Part shown: piece by piece, positions 31,238 through 41,111 of the stretch
Layout: each line of letters opens with the position of its first letter
How positions within the stretch are numbered: the first letter of the stretch is position 1
Assembly: GCA_963791045.1 (NCBI GenBank)
Contig: CAWBQK010000003.1
Location: forward strand, 1-64,000
Reading direction: 5' to 3'
DNA from: Candidatus Latescibacterota bacterium
GTDB lineage: Bacteria; Krumholzibacteriota; Krumholzibacteriia; WVZY01
Length of the DNA stretch: 64,000 nucleotides
Made by a program: the position numbers and the translations under genes
The notes under the pieces: generated by a model
The model's database searches: none
What the model saw: the letters and a program-made list of their open reading frames with translations, nothing else
Told to the model about the DNA's origin: nothing

Positions 31238-32847
31238 ATTCGCGGCCCTCCCGCTGCCCCGTCACGCCTTGGATCGGCCGCCCCGTGAAACACTCCGCCA
31301 ACACGTTCAACCGCCTGGACGCAGCCGAGATAAAACGCATACGGTTCGCGTGAGTCGACGGTGAATCCAAGTTTCTCCAGTCTGGGTATGATCCGGGGAT
31401 CCATCCGGTCGGCCTCCAGTGATACTTTTCCCTCGAGCGAACAGTGAATCCTCGGCGCGTCGACGGCTTCGTAAAGTGAGTAACCTTTGGCGAGGCGGAT
31501 CAAAACCTGGACGATGGACGGAGTGATTCGTTCGCTCCCCGGTGATCCTATGGCGAGCCAGGGTGTTCTGCCGCGGAAGAAAATGGTCGGGGCGACACTC
31601 GCCCAGGGCACTGCGCCGGGGCGGAGAAAATATGGATGAGAGTAATCCTTGTACTCGAAGGCGTTCATATAGTTGTTGTACAGGAATCCGAGCTCCGGGT
31701 TGACCACGCATGCTCCAAAGACGTTCTCGATCGACTGCGTCAGCGCGACGGCATTCCCGTGCCGGTCCATGACGGAAAGATGTGTCGTCTCGCCATGCGA
31801 TCGGATTCGCCTGCGAATCTCACGCGCCACCACCCTCGCGTACTCGGGATCGATCATTCTCTGTTCCTCGATCTGAGGGTAGAAATTGGGGTCGAACGGC
31901 CGGTCACGACGGTCCAGAAAAGCGCGCCGGATCAATTCGGCAAGGCGACCCACACCGGCCGGCGTGTCGGGGTCGTACTGTGACGGCCGAAGGTGACTCA
32001 GGATATTCACCATTTCGATAAGTGTTCTCCCGGCCCCGGGAGGCGGCATGGTAAAAAATCGGGCCGAGTTGAAACTGCCGGTCAACGGCCGGCGTTCGAT
32101 CGGCCAGGGGATTTGAGCGAGGTCGTCTTTACGCAAGAGCCCGCCGTTCCGAACCATGTCGCGGTGGATCGCCGCGGCGATTCCGCCGGTGTAGAAATCT
32201 TCCACGCCCCGCCGCGCCAGTCTCTTGAGCGTCTCCGCGAGAATCGGTTGCGACAAACGATGACCGACGGGTGGAGATTTCCCCCCCTCGGTTAGAAAAA
32301 AATTGGCTGCGTTGGTTTTAATCAAATGTCTGCGTTCTCTTCTTGTAAGCGCCCGCTGCAGCGGAGTGACTTTGTGCCCGGTTTCCGCCAGAGCGATGAC
32401 GGGGTCGAGAATCTGTTTGAGTGTCAGCGTGCCGTATGTTCGGAGGGCGTAGTCCAATACCGCCGGCGTGCTGGGTACCGTTGCCGCTTTATAACCTCTG
32501 CGAACGTCCGCTGGGGAAAGAGAGTTGGGAACGGCGCGATACGGCGCGCGCGACGATCCGTCGAGCGCAACCTTTTTTCGCGTTTCGGCGAAATGAACCA
32601 GCATCATTGTCTGACCGCCCAGCCCGCTTGCCGCCGGTTCGCAGACACCGAGGGCGAATGCGGCCGCGACGGCGGCGTCGATGGCATTGCCACCCTCCTC
32701 CAGGGTGCGAACTCCTATTTCGGTCGCCTCGTGATGAGCCGTGGACACCATGCCGTTCGTGGAGACCGCAGCCCGCTGCAGGCTCCTCCATGGAAGCTGA
32801 GTCGGGCTTATCTTGATCGGGCCTGTCCCTGTCTTTTTTGAGTCCAC
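31234..32847 (-). CDS. Gamma-glutamyltransferase family Ntn hydrolase (no signal peptide)
   Basis: GGNAIDAAVAAAFALGVCEPAASGLGG, GETTHLSVMD (Thr nucleophile), GAADPRRDG. Confidence 0.9.
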   Translation of the reverse strand: MDSKKTGTGPIKISPTQLPWRSLQRAAVSTNGMVSTAHHEATEIGVRTLEEGGNAIDAAVAAAFALGVCEPAASGLGGQTMMLVHFAETRKKVALDGSSRAPYRAVPNSLSPADVRRGYKAATVPSTPAVLDYALRTYGTLTLKQILDPVIALAETGHKVTPLQRALTRRERRHLIKTNAANFFLTEGGKSPPVGHRLSQPILAETLKRLARRGVEDFYTGGIAAAIHRDMVRNGGLLRKDDLAQIPWPIERRPLTGSFNSARFFTMPPPGAGRTLIEMVNILSHLRPSQYDPDTPAGVGRLAELIRRAFLDRRDRPFDPNFYPQIEEQRMIDPEYARVVAREIRRRIRSHGETTHLSVMDRHGNAVALTQSIENVFGACVVNPELGFLYNNYMNAFEYKDYSHPYFLRPGAVPWASVAPTIFFRGRTPWLAIGSPGSERITPSIVQVLIRLAKGYSLYEAVDAPRIHCSLEGKVSLEADRMDPRIIPRLEKLGFTVDSREPYAFYLGCVQAVERVGGVFHGAADPRRDGAAGGPRI

Positions 32848-32848
32848 G

Positions 32849-34999
32849 TTATTGACCTTCGTGTTGGAGAAGGAACTGCGCGAGGACTATTGTCCTCTGA
32901 ATGAGTCCGATTCGCTGTATCGCTTCCTGCGGTGTATACAGAGACCTCGAGTGCGGTCCCATCCCGCAGACAACGGCTGTCTTGCCCGTGACAAGCCCAC
33001 CCACGGAGGGCCAGAGTGATGAGCCGCTCTTAAGTTCAATTTCCAATTCCGCGGCCGTATTCGTCAACGCACTGGCGAGACGTTTGTTGGCTACGCGATC
33101 CTTCATCGGGGGACGGCTGGCAATGAGTTCAAGTTTCCATCGGAACGACGATTTTCCCAGGGTGTTTCGAATGCGGTTTTCGAGGTCGTCCGCTTTTGGA
33201 ATGTCGAGGAAGCTCATCAACAGTGTCGCCGACAACCGATGCGGGGTGCGCATTGGCCAGTTCTCGCTTTTTATGTCCACGGCGGCCACAGCGATCCGAT
33301 CCTTACGCGAAGAAAACTTTGAGATCGCCGCCAGTTTTTCGCCGAACCACAGAAGCATTTCTTTTTGTGGGTCAACCTGGCCGATGCGCCGCGGTGTTCC
33401 TTCGATGGTCAGTGCGTATTTCCTTTGTCCCCTGCGTTGGCGCGCGAGCTCGTCCTCGATCGTGCCGGGTCGGAGTACGATAACCCTTTTGGCCAGCGAG
33501 GAGGCTTTGCGAATAACGCTTTCGCTGTAGATGGCATCTCGCCCCTCATCGACATAAAAAAGGACGCCGATCCGCCGGTTCCGAAGATTCCTCTGGGCTC
33601 TAAGCGCCCGAAGGGCCATTTCGAGCATTACCAGCGGTGCCCGTGAACAGCCGATGCCTTCTCCGAACAACCATTCCGGGTCTCTCCTGAATGCTTCGGA
33701 CGCCGCGTCGACCGGCCTCGGAATGTCGAGATGAACGATGAGCAGCGTCCCGTCCTTGACACCCTTCTTGGTTTGCCATGTCCACGCCGAATGTTCGTTA
33801 CACAACTCCTCGGCTTTTTGCAGGTTCAACTGTCGGAGGATCGACTCGAAACGTGAGCGCGCCTCGCGCAGACCAACGGGATCAGATGTTCGGCTTCGTA
33901 ACTGAACCCACTCACGGAGCTTCTTCTCCATCGTGTCGCGCTGCTGCGTCAGATAAGAGAAAGTGTGTTTTTCCGGATCGTCGGCGTTTTGGGTGATGTG
34001 AGGTGGATGAGGTACTCCGAAGTAGCGCGCACTTGCTACCTCGACGAGGCGGTTGATTAGTTTGACATAGTCGAGCCCCATGGATTCCGCGGCGTGAGTG
34101 TATGAGCCGTGTTCGCCCAGACTGGGAAGGCTATTGACCTCGAGAACGAAAAACTCGCCCTTGCCGTTCATGCGCATGTCGACGCGGGCGCAGTCATAAC
34201 ACCCAAGAGCGTTGAACGCCGCCAACGCGATGTCCTGGGCACGAGCCGTCTGCTTGCCGCTGAGCTTCGCCGGGCACTCGACAGTGATCGACCGGCCCGA
34301 TTTTCCAGTCTTGTCTTCATAACTGTATATTTTGGGCCCCGACCGGCCGAACTTCACTTCGGCGGGTGGTAACGCTTCCGGAGGGTTGTTGCCGAGTAAT
34401 CCGACGTTAATTTCGCGTCCGGCGATGTAACTCTCTACAAGCACGGGCTGTGAGAATTTTGCAAAAATGACCTCGGCGGCTTCTCTGAGTTCGTCAACAT
34501 TCTTGGCCACCTTTATTCCAAACGATACGGATTCACTCTGTGGTTTTACAATCACGGGATATGGGAGTGGGGGCGGTTCGAAGTCCCGGTCCCGCAGCAC
34601 GGCGAAGTTGGCTGTCGGGATGCCTTGCTGGCGAAAAATCATTTTTGAAACGACTTTGTCCAGCGCGAGGGAATGTGCGAGGGGCCCCGATCCGACATAA
34701 GGAATTCCGACCATCTCGAGTATGCCGGGAACGTGTGTGTACCGGGCCTGGCCCTGTATTCCATAAGAAAGGTTGAAGACCATCCCCGGGGTCTCGCCCT
34801 TCAGAACTCGGGGCATGAACTCCTCAAGTCTTTCGACGAGTTCTTTATCTCCTTCGAACGCCACGGCATTGTGGCCGCCCGTTTTCAACGCGTCGACGAT
34901 TCGGCGGATGGTCTTGAGACCAATCTTTTCCTGGTTGGACATCCCGAAGAGATTGATGACGTTTTTGCTGGCCCGGTTGTATACGACTGCGATTTTCAC
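32849..34999 (-). CDS. D-Ala-D-Ala ligase-like ATP-grasp enzyme fused to M20 peptidase-like domain
   Basis: GIPYVGS, DKVVSK, VIVKP, VESYIAGREI, ARVDMR, LEVNSLPSL; C-terminal half LLIVHLD, WLFGEG, YVDEG, YTPQE. Confidence 0.85.
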   Translation of the reverse strand: MKIAVVYNRASKNVINLFGMSNQEKIGLKTIRRIVDALKTGGHNAVAFEGDKELVERLEEFMPRVLKGETPGMVFNLSYGIQGQARYTHVPGILEMVGIPYVGSGPLAHSLALDKVVSKMIFRQQGIPTANFAVLRDRDFEPPPLPYPVIVKPQSESVSFGIKVAKNVDELREAAEVIFAKFSQPVLVESYIAGREINVGLLGNNPPEALPPAEVKFGRSGPKIYSYEDKTGKSGRSITVECPAKLSGKQTARAQDIALAAFNALGCYDCARVDMRMNGKGEFFVLEVNSLPSLGEHGSYTHAAESMGLDYVKLINRLVEVASARYFGVPHPPHITQNADDPEKHTFSYLTQQRDTMEKKLREWVQLRSRTSDPVGLREARSRFESILRQLNLQKAEELCNEHSAWTWQTKKGVKDGTLLIVHLDIPRPVDAASEAFRRDPEWLFGEGIGCSRAPLVMLEMALRALRAQRNLRNRRIGVLFYVDEGRDAIYSESVIRKASSLAKRVIVLRPGTIEDELARQRRGQRKYALTIEGTPRRIGQVDPQKEMLLWFGEKLAAISKFSSRKDRIAVAAVDIKSENWPMRTPHRLSATLLMSFLDIPKADDLENRIRNTLGKSSFRWKLELIASRPPMKDRVANKRLASALTNTAAELEIELKSGSSLWPSVGGLVTGKTAVVCGMGPHSRSLYTPQEAIQRIGLIQRTIVLAQFLLQHEGQ

Positions 35000-35060
35000 G
35001 TGTTAATCCTTGAATGTTAGGACCTTTGATTCGAATAAAACAATTTCGGTGGAAACTCGT

Positions 35061-36944
35061 TTATTTCACACCGTGATGCTCGCACCAGATGCCGAGAGCG
35101 AGTAGCGCCCATAGTGTGCCCTCAAACGTTCCTCGGAAATACTCAGGCGAATTACCGAGCCAGCCTTCGACGCCGGGGAGGACGCGTCGAACCGCGTCCG
35201 AACCCAGCACCCTGCCACGCACAGTGTCCCCGTGCAGCCTCAGGAGCTCGGGGAGATTTCCAAATGGAAACGCGCGTTTGCGCTGTTTGATAATGCCTTC
35301 GGGCAAGTGGTCACGGCTCCACCAGCGGAGTATCAGCTTGGTGTTGGCGCGCCCGGGAAGGCGGCTCACACGCATCGACGGCGGCAGTGAGAGGACGAAG
35401 TCCACCAGATCACGGTCGAGAAACGGCATACGCAGTTCGGCGGACGAATCCATCGCCGTCGCGTCCGCGAACGACAAAATGTTTTCCGACAGAAAAGTGT
35501 GCAGCATGACCTCCTGCATCCTGTCGAGATCGGCCGCTTCGGTCAGGCACTTCTCGTAGAGTCGGTCTATCGTGCCGAGATAGCGATTGTCGGCGACGGG
35601 GCGCCTCCCGAACAGCTGGTCGAGATCGTCGAGGGGAAGAGGGCGGTGGATGATATACCGCGCCGCTTCGGGCGTTCGTGCGGCCGGAACGTTCAGCAAG
35701 TTGCGGCGGCGAACATCGACAGGCTCGGCGCCGTAAAGGAACCGATCGAGAACCTTAGCCGTCAAAGCGCCGGGAATGCGGGCAAGCGCGCGCACTACCG
35801 CGAGGCGAAAACGGTCCTGGCTCAATCGATACCCGCCCAGAACTTCGTCTCCGCCATGCCCGCAAAGAAAAACAGTCGCCTGCTCGCGCGCGTTTCTTAT
35901 AAGAAGCCATGTCGCAAGCGCCGCGCCGTCACCGACCGGTTCGGTAAGCGACGCAAATGCGGGAATCATTTTTTCCACACGGTCGGCCGGCGTTACCAGG
36001 AGATCCATCGCCGCCGAACCGTCTCCGTCACCCCCGGCTGTGTCCGCCGGGGCGAGCCCCGACGCCGATGATGTCAGCGTGAATGTAAACGAACGCACAT
36101 CTTCGTTTTGCCGGGTGAGCGCCGCTCGGATGCTGTTGCTGTCGATTCCATCGCTCAGGAGAAGCGCCACGGGAACATCGCTGACGAGACACCGCCGCGA
36201 CGCCTGCGCGAGAAGCGCATCGAACTCTTCGACGGCATCGTCCTGCTTTCTCTTTGGTGAAATCGGTTTGAAGTGCGGCGCGTACCATCTGTCGATTCGC
36301 ACACCGTCGGCGTCGGCAGTGAGATAATGGCCGCCGGGCAGTTTGTTGATCCCCGCCATCACCGTCCGCGGGCTCACCACGTAACGCAGCGTGACATACT
36401 CGGCCATGCTCTCGGGATCGAGTTCGCGCGGGACCCAAGGAACTTCGAGGAGCGCGGGGATACTCGATGCGAAGCTCAGCGCAGATGCGTCCTGGTGATA
36501 AAAGAGCGGTTTTTCTCCGAAGCGGTCGCGAACGAGCCAGAGCCGGCGGTCCTGTGTGTCGTACACGGCGAAGGCAAACTGCCCGACAAGGCGGTCGAGA
36601 GTCCCCGGGCCCCATCGCGCCCACGCGTTGAGCACGACTTCCGTGTCCGTCGACGAGTGAAGATCGCCGGGGCCGAGTTCGAGTTCGCGCGACACGTCTT
36701 TGTAATTGTATATCTCGCCGTTGAAGCTAATCAGATACCGACCGTCGGAGCTTCGCATAGGCTGATGCCCGGCGTCGCTCAAGTCGAGGATCGCGAGCCG
36801 CCGGTTGCCCAAGGTAAGCAGGCCTTCGCTTTCGATGCCCTGGTCGTCGGGACCACGCCGCTCGATCTTCGCCGTCATCGCCCTGACGGCGCCGCGGTCG
36901 TCGGGACCGGCCTTGAATCTGAGTATGCCCGCGATTCCACACAT
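35061..36944 (-). CDS. asnB: Asparagine synthase (glutamine-hydrolysing) family amidotransferase
   Basis: MCGIAG, RRGPDD, RLAILDL, FNGEIYN, RDRFGEKPL, GGDEVLGGY, ELRMPFLD. Confidence 0.9.
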   Translation of the reverse strand: MCGIAGILRFKAGPDDRGAVRAMTAKIERRGPDDQGIESEGLLTLGNRRLAILDLSDAGHQPMRSSDGRYLISFNGEIYNYKDVSRELELGPGDLHSSTDTEVVLNAWARWGPGTLDRLVGQFAFAVYDTQDRRLWLVRDRFGEKPLFYHQDASALSFASSIPALLEVPWVPRELDPESMAEYVTLRYVVSPRTVMAGINKLPGGHYLTADADGVRIDRWYAPHFKPISPKRKQDDAVEEFDALLAQASRRCLVSDVPVALLLSDGIDSNSIRAALTRQNEDVRSFTFTLTSSASGLAPADTAGGDGDGSAAMDLLVTPADRVEKMIPAFASLTEPVGDGAALATWLLIRNAREQATVFLCGHGGDEVLGGYRLSQDRFRLAVVRALARIPGALTAKVLDRFLYGAEPVDVRRRNLLNVPAARTPEAARYIIHRPLPLDDLDQLFGRRPVADNRYLGTIDRLYEKCLTEAADLDRMQEVMLHTFLSENILSFADATAMDSSAELRMPFLDRDLVDFVLSLPPSMRVSRLPGRANTKLILRWWSRDHLPEGIIKQRKRAFPFGNLPELLRLHGDTVRGRVLGSDAVRRVLPGVEGWLGNSPEYFRGTFEGTLWALLALGIWCEHHGVK

Positions 36945-37084
36945 GATGCGGGAGCATATCACAATTGGGCCGGTCTTGGAATCAGGGTACGCGGGGGCGC
37001 GCCTCCACGTAAACCGCTTGCCACGCGAGGCGCTTTTCCGTAACGTCTACGGCGTTGCGGCCCGTGCCGGCCGCCGGAGAAATT

Positions 37085-38104
37085 ATGCCCACGAACCGCC
37101 AACCTATCGATTACGGTGTCCTGGTCCCCAGTGTCGGGGTCTTTGGCGGCGTGCGCCGGTTCATCGAGATCGGCAATGAACTCATCCGGCGCGGTCACCG
37201 CTACACACTCTACAGTCCCACTGGGGAAGCCCCCGCGTGGCTCGCGTTCGCTGGTGAGGCAAAGCCGCTGACGGCCCTGGGGGAAGCCCGTCACCAGGTC
37301 CTCATCTGCAACGATCCCTATGTTGTCGGTGATTTCGAAAAAGCCTGCGCCGATCTCAAGCTATTCTACTTCGCGCTTGAGAACATCAAGGATGAAAGGC
37401 GGGTCGCCCGTCATCCCGATTGGACGATCCTCGCCAACTCGTCGGGGCTGTGCCGGTACCTGCTGCTGAGGCACGGGGTCCGGGCGGAAAAGGTAATTGG
37501 GGGAATCAACCTCGAGACGTTCAATCCCAGGCCCTCCGCTGAGCCTCGCGACGATCACTTCCGTGTCCTCGTATTCGGCCGTCTGTCGAGAAAGAAAAAA
37601 GGAGTTCCCATCGTAGTAAAAGCCGTCGAGTCGCTCGCGCGTTCGGCGGGTGACAGGCCGATAAAGCTCGTTCTCTTCGATCACCTCGGGGAGGGGAACA
37701 CCGCCGATCCGCGCGAGGATTTCCGTTCCTCGATCCCGTTCGAGTTTCATTTGAACCTCTCGCAGGCGGAACTCGCCGCTTTGTACTCGAGCTGCGATCT
37801 TTTTGTCAGCGCGGAGAAACGGGCCGGTTGGGCCAACACGGTGGCCGAGTCGATGGCCTGTGGCGTGCCGGTTGTGTGTACGCGGTCGGGAACCAAAGAC
37901 CTTGCCGTCCATCGCGAGACGGCGTGGGTCGCGTGGCGACTCGACTATTTTATCCGCCGGGGCGTCAACACGCTTTACACCGATCCGGCGCTCGCACAAA
38001 AACTTCGAACCACCGCGCTCGAACGAATCGAGCGGTTCTCGTGGCCGCGCGTCGTCGACCAGCTCGAAGATGTTGTGGGAAGAAAGCTCGGCACCACGAA
38101 GTGA
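37085..38104 (+). CDS. Glycosyltransferase family 4
   Basis: FGGVRRF, LYSSCDLFV, AESMACGVPVV, FSW. Confidence 0.85.
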   Translation: MPTNRQPIDYGVLVPSVGVFGGVRRFIEIGNELIRRGHRYTLYSPTGEAPAWLAFAGEAKPLTALGEARHQVLICNDPYVVGDFEKACADLKLFYFALENIKDERRVARHPDWTILANSSGLCRYLLLRHGVRAEKVIGGINLETFNPRPSAEPRDDHFRVLVFGRLSRKKKGVPIVVKAVESLARSAGDRPIKLVLFDHLGEGNTADPREDFRSSIPFEFHLNLSQAELAALYSSCDLFVSAEKRAGWANTVAESMACGVPVVCTRSGTKDLAVHRETAWVAWRLDYFIRRGVNTLYTDPALAQKLRTTALERIERFSWPRVVDQLEDVVGRKLGTTK

Positions 38105-38121
38105 AGCAAACCCGGCGAAGC

Positions 38122-38919
38122 CTAATCCTTGACAATCCCGAATGATGTTCTCGTCTCCGTGCTCGATCGAAACTCATCGACAAAATTATCGTCGTGCGGG
38201 ATGGGTTCCGATGAGTGATGCAGGTGATACTGTATCGCTTCGCGTGTGATCGTACGAACGGCGATCCCGCTGTTGACGAATCGTCTCCACAGATTGTTGT
38301 CCTCGAGTCCGCGTCCAATGATCCGCTCGTCATACCCGTTTACCCTGTAGAAATCATCTTTTTGGACGGAGAAATTACACCCGAGTATCTGGTAGTCGTC
38401 GCGCCCGAGATTGCGAAACGGATGGAGGATGGGAAGACAAAAGCCATTCCATCTGTCGATCTTGCCGGCATGCTTCCACCACCAGTGAATTCGTTCGACG
38501 CGTCGAGATTTGACGTCGTCGACACTCACGCGATCGGTCAATTCCTTGTCGAACATCACGCGCCGTCCCGAGAGAACCTGGTTGGGCCTCCGGCGTTTGT
38601 GGTGGCGCTCGAGAAAGCGGTTGTGGAGGATGCAGTCGCCGTCGATAAAGACGAGGTAATCGGTGTTTGCCCGTGTGACGGCTTTGTTGACGACAATCGT
38701 TTTGCGAAAACCGTCGTCTTCGTGCCACTCGTGCTGGATTGGATGCTGGAAGCGGTCGGCGTAACGGCCGATCGTCTCCGCGATCGCGGGGCCCGAACCG
38801 TCGTCGGCGACGATGATTTCAAAATCGCGAAACCGCTGGCTGAGAAGGCTTTCAAAAACAAGTTCGAGGAAATCATCGCGGTTGTAAACGGCGACGATGA
38901 GCGACAAACGGGGCGTCAT
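38122..38919 (-). CDS. Glycosyltransferase family 2
   Basis: SLIVAVYN, ADDGS, FIDGDC, GCNFS, NGYDE, GLED. Confidence 0.9.
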   Translation of the reverse strand: MTPRLSLIVAVYNRDDFLELVFESLLSQRFRDFEIIVADDGSGPAIAETIGRYADRFQHPIQHEWHEDDGFRKTIVVNKAVTRANTDYLVFIDGDCILHNRFLERHHKRRRPNQVLSGRRVMFDKELTDRVSVDDVKSRRVERIHWWWKHAGKIDRWNGFCLPILHPFRNLGRDDYQILGCNFSVQKDDFYRVNGYDERIIGRGLEDNNLWRRFVNSGIAVRTITREAIQYHLHHSSEPIPHDDNFVDEFRSSTETRTSFGIVKD

Positions 38920-39713
38920 TTCTTTGCCCCCGCCCCGCCGTCCGTCGTGTCGCGGGGAAGCGAGTCGGTTGAGGTGCCCAGACCGAGCTCGTAGAGTTTG
39001 GAGTACTTTTCGAATACATAGACCGAGTGAAAGAAGGCGATGATGAACCCGGCCACACCGTCGAGGAACCCACGTTTCGAAAAGTATACCTTGAGAAATT
39101 CGAAAAATGGCGTGAATACGATGTGGCGCACTCCCGCACGCCGTCCCTCTCCGTACATTTGAGTTGCCGCGAGTGTTGTGAACTCGTTCATCTTTTCGAG
39201 ATGGTGGTCGATGTCACGAAAGGAATAGTGCAGGAGGTCGTTTTTGAGCCGACCGACAGTCCCCGTCAGTTCGACGGCTTCGTGAACCGTGTCTTCCGAG
39301 AACCTCCCCGCGTCACGGTGGAACAATCTAAGGATATATCCCGGGTACCACACGCCGTGCTTTATCCACCGGTTGAGGTACCACACCGGACGCGGCATCT
39401 CGTAGCCCGCGTTGGCAAAGTCCAACTCCTGTATCTCGCGGCATAGCTCGGGCGAGACGGCCTCGTCCGCGTCGATCGAAAAGACCCACTCGCAGGAGGT
39501 CTGCTTGAGCGCAAACTGCTTCTGCTTGCCGTAACCGGGCCACTCGTTTGTGATCACACGGGCGCCGCACTCGCGCGCGATTTCGATCGTCCGGTCTGTG
39601 CTGAGCGAATCGACGACGATCATCTCATCGGAAAACGGCGAGACGCTCTTCAAGCAGCGCTCGATATTGCTTTCCTCATTATAGGTGATGACGATCGTCG
39701 ATATTTTTGGCAT
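38916..39713 (-). CDS. Glycosyltransferase family 2, WaaE/KdtX-like
   Basis: ITYNEE, VDSLSTDRT, WPGYGKQKQFA, IDADE, VHE, GFLDG. Confidence 0.9.
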   Translation of the reverse strand: MPKISTIVITYNEESNIERCLKSVSPFSDEMIVVDSLSTDRTIEIARECGARVITNEWPGYGKQKQFALKQTSCEWVFSIDADEAVSPELCREIQELDFANAGYEMPRPVWYLNRWIKHGVWYPGYILRLFHRDAGRFSEDTVHEAVELTGTVGRLKNDLLHYSFRDIDHHLEKMNEFTTLAATQMYGEGRRAGVRHIVFTPFFEFLKVYFSKRGFLDGVAGFIIAFFHSVYVFEKYSKLYELGLGTSTDSLPRDTTDGGAGAKK

Positions 39714-40030
39714 CAGTGTCTCTTTGTGTTTCGGTGCGACGTGCCAGGATCATGGGTAGGATACATCAGTTAGCCCCCGGTGACAACACGACCGGGCCGG
39801 AAGTGGGCATTCCGCGGCGCTGTATGTGATTCAAATTCACTAACTTATTAATCAGGAATACGTTACTGGCTTTGTTGCTGTTTTTCGATATGAGGACGTG
39901 GCATAATACCGAAGCAACTCAGAAATGGTGCTAAGAAACCCAAGAGACCGGTGGGACCAATGCCGCGATTCCAGGCTGCCGCCTCACAGAAAATCATTGT
40001 TTGTTGGTTCTCTTTCGAAAGGTTTTGATC

Positions 40031-40468
40031 TTGAGATACATCCTTTGTTGTTTTCTGGTGATGTTTCTTGTGTTGGCGATCGGCTGCGCGGATCAAGATC
40101 CGCCCGCAGCGGACAGGTCGGAATCACCCCCCGCGGCGGACGAGTTGAAGGCTCAGGCCCCCGATCCACAAAAGATCGCCGGCCGGTGGCTCCGCCCCGA
40201 CGGTGGGTACATTCTCCAGATCAGCGACGTACAGGACGGCGGGGAATTGAAAGCCGCCTATTTCAACCCGAATCCGATAAACGTCGCCGAAAAAAAGTGG
40301 TCGATTAAAGGGTCAGAGCTGCACGTCTATGTCAAATTTGATGACCGCAATTATCCAGGGTCGTACTACCTCCTGATTTACAATCCAGAAGTCGACCGTC
40401 TTGTCGGCTCTTATTTTCAGGCGGTGCAAAAGCAAACCTTTAGTGTCGAGTTTGTCCGGCAGCAGTAG
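40031..40468 (+). CDS. Hypothetical lipoprotein
   Basis: LAIGC lipobox; GRWLRPDGGY, AYFNPNPINV, NYPGSYY. Confidence 0.65.
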   Translation: MRYILCCFLVMFLVLAIGCADQDPPAADRSESPPAADELKAQAPDPQKIAGRWLRPDGGYILQISDVQDGGELKAAYFNPNPINVAEKKWSIKGSELHVYVKFDDRNYPGSYYLLIYNPEVDRLVGSYFQAVQKQTFSVEFVRQQ

Positions 40469-40500
40469 TCGAACACTGATAGTGTCGAAAGGGGAGCGAA

Positions 40501-41065
40501 ATGGAAGTCACAAACGCGCTTCTTGTGGCGATGATGTTTATCGTCCTTATTACAATGGGTGTCGGAAATATCATCATGGCGCTTGCGGCGATTATTGACA
40601 AGCGTACGACACTCAAGGTGGATCCGATTCACACCAGCTGGGTGGTCCTGCTGCTTCTTGTCCACTTCAATCTCTTCTGGCACGTGCTGGATATCTTGAC
40701 CATCGAAGAATGGAATTTTCTCGGGTTCCTGTATGTCGTGGCCGGTGCCGTGATTATTTTCTTTGCCACACACATCCTGCTGCCAGATGCCGCGAACGAG
40801 TCGACCGACGTGAGGGAGCACTATTTTGATTCCCCACACGCGGTTCTTTGGTTTGCTCGCCCTGCTGATGGCATGGAGTATTGGAGTGGATTTCTTGTTT
40901 GGCGACGGTTTGACCTCGGCGGGTATCGCGAACATCATCGGGTTTGTCTTCTTCGCGGGCCTGGCAATGTCCTCTCAACCGGCGGTACACCGGATCGGCG
41001 CGGGCGTGGGGTGGCTGTTCTTTGTAGCTCTAGTGGCCGCGAGAGGCGCGGGGATTATCGACTGA
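40501..41065 (+). CDS. Hypothetical integral membrane protein (frameshift near 40830)
   Basis: Hydrophobic helices continue in ORF 40826-41065; GGGGAG RBS. Confidence 0.6.
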
Positions 41066-41111
41066 GTCAGGATGTGAACGCGCGACAAACCCAAACCACA
41101 GATCTGGAATT

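Noticed and set aside
32849-34999. Housekeeping ddl
   Set aside because: Lacks the GGxSxE N-terminal motif, has a 370-aa fusion, and is not in a mur/dcw context
39825-39841. CRP/FNR site TGTGA-N7-TCACT
   Set aside because: Spacer is 7 rather than 6 nt; unsupported
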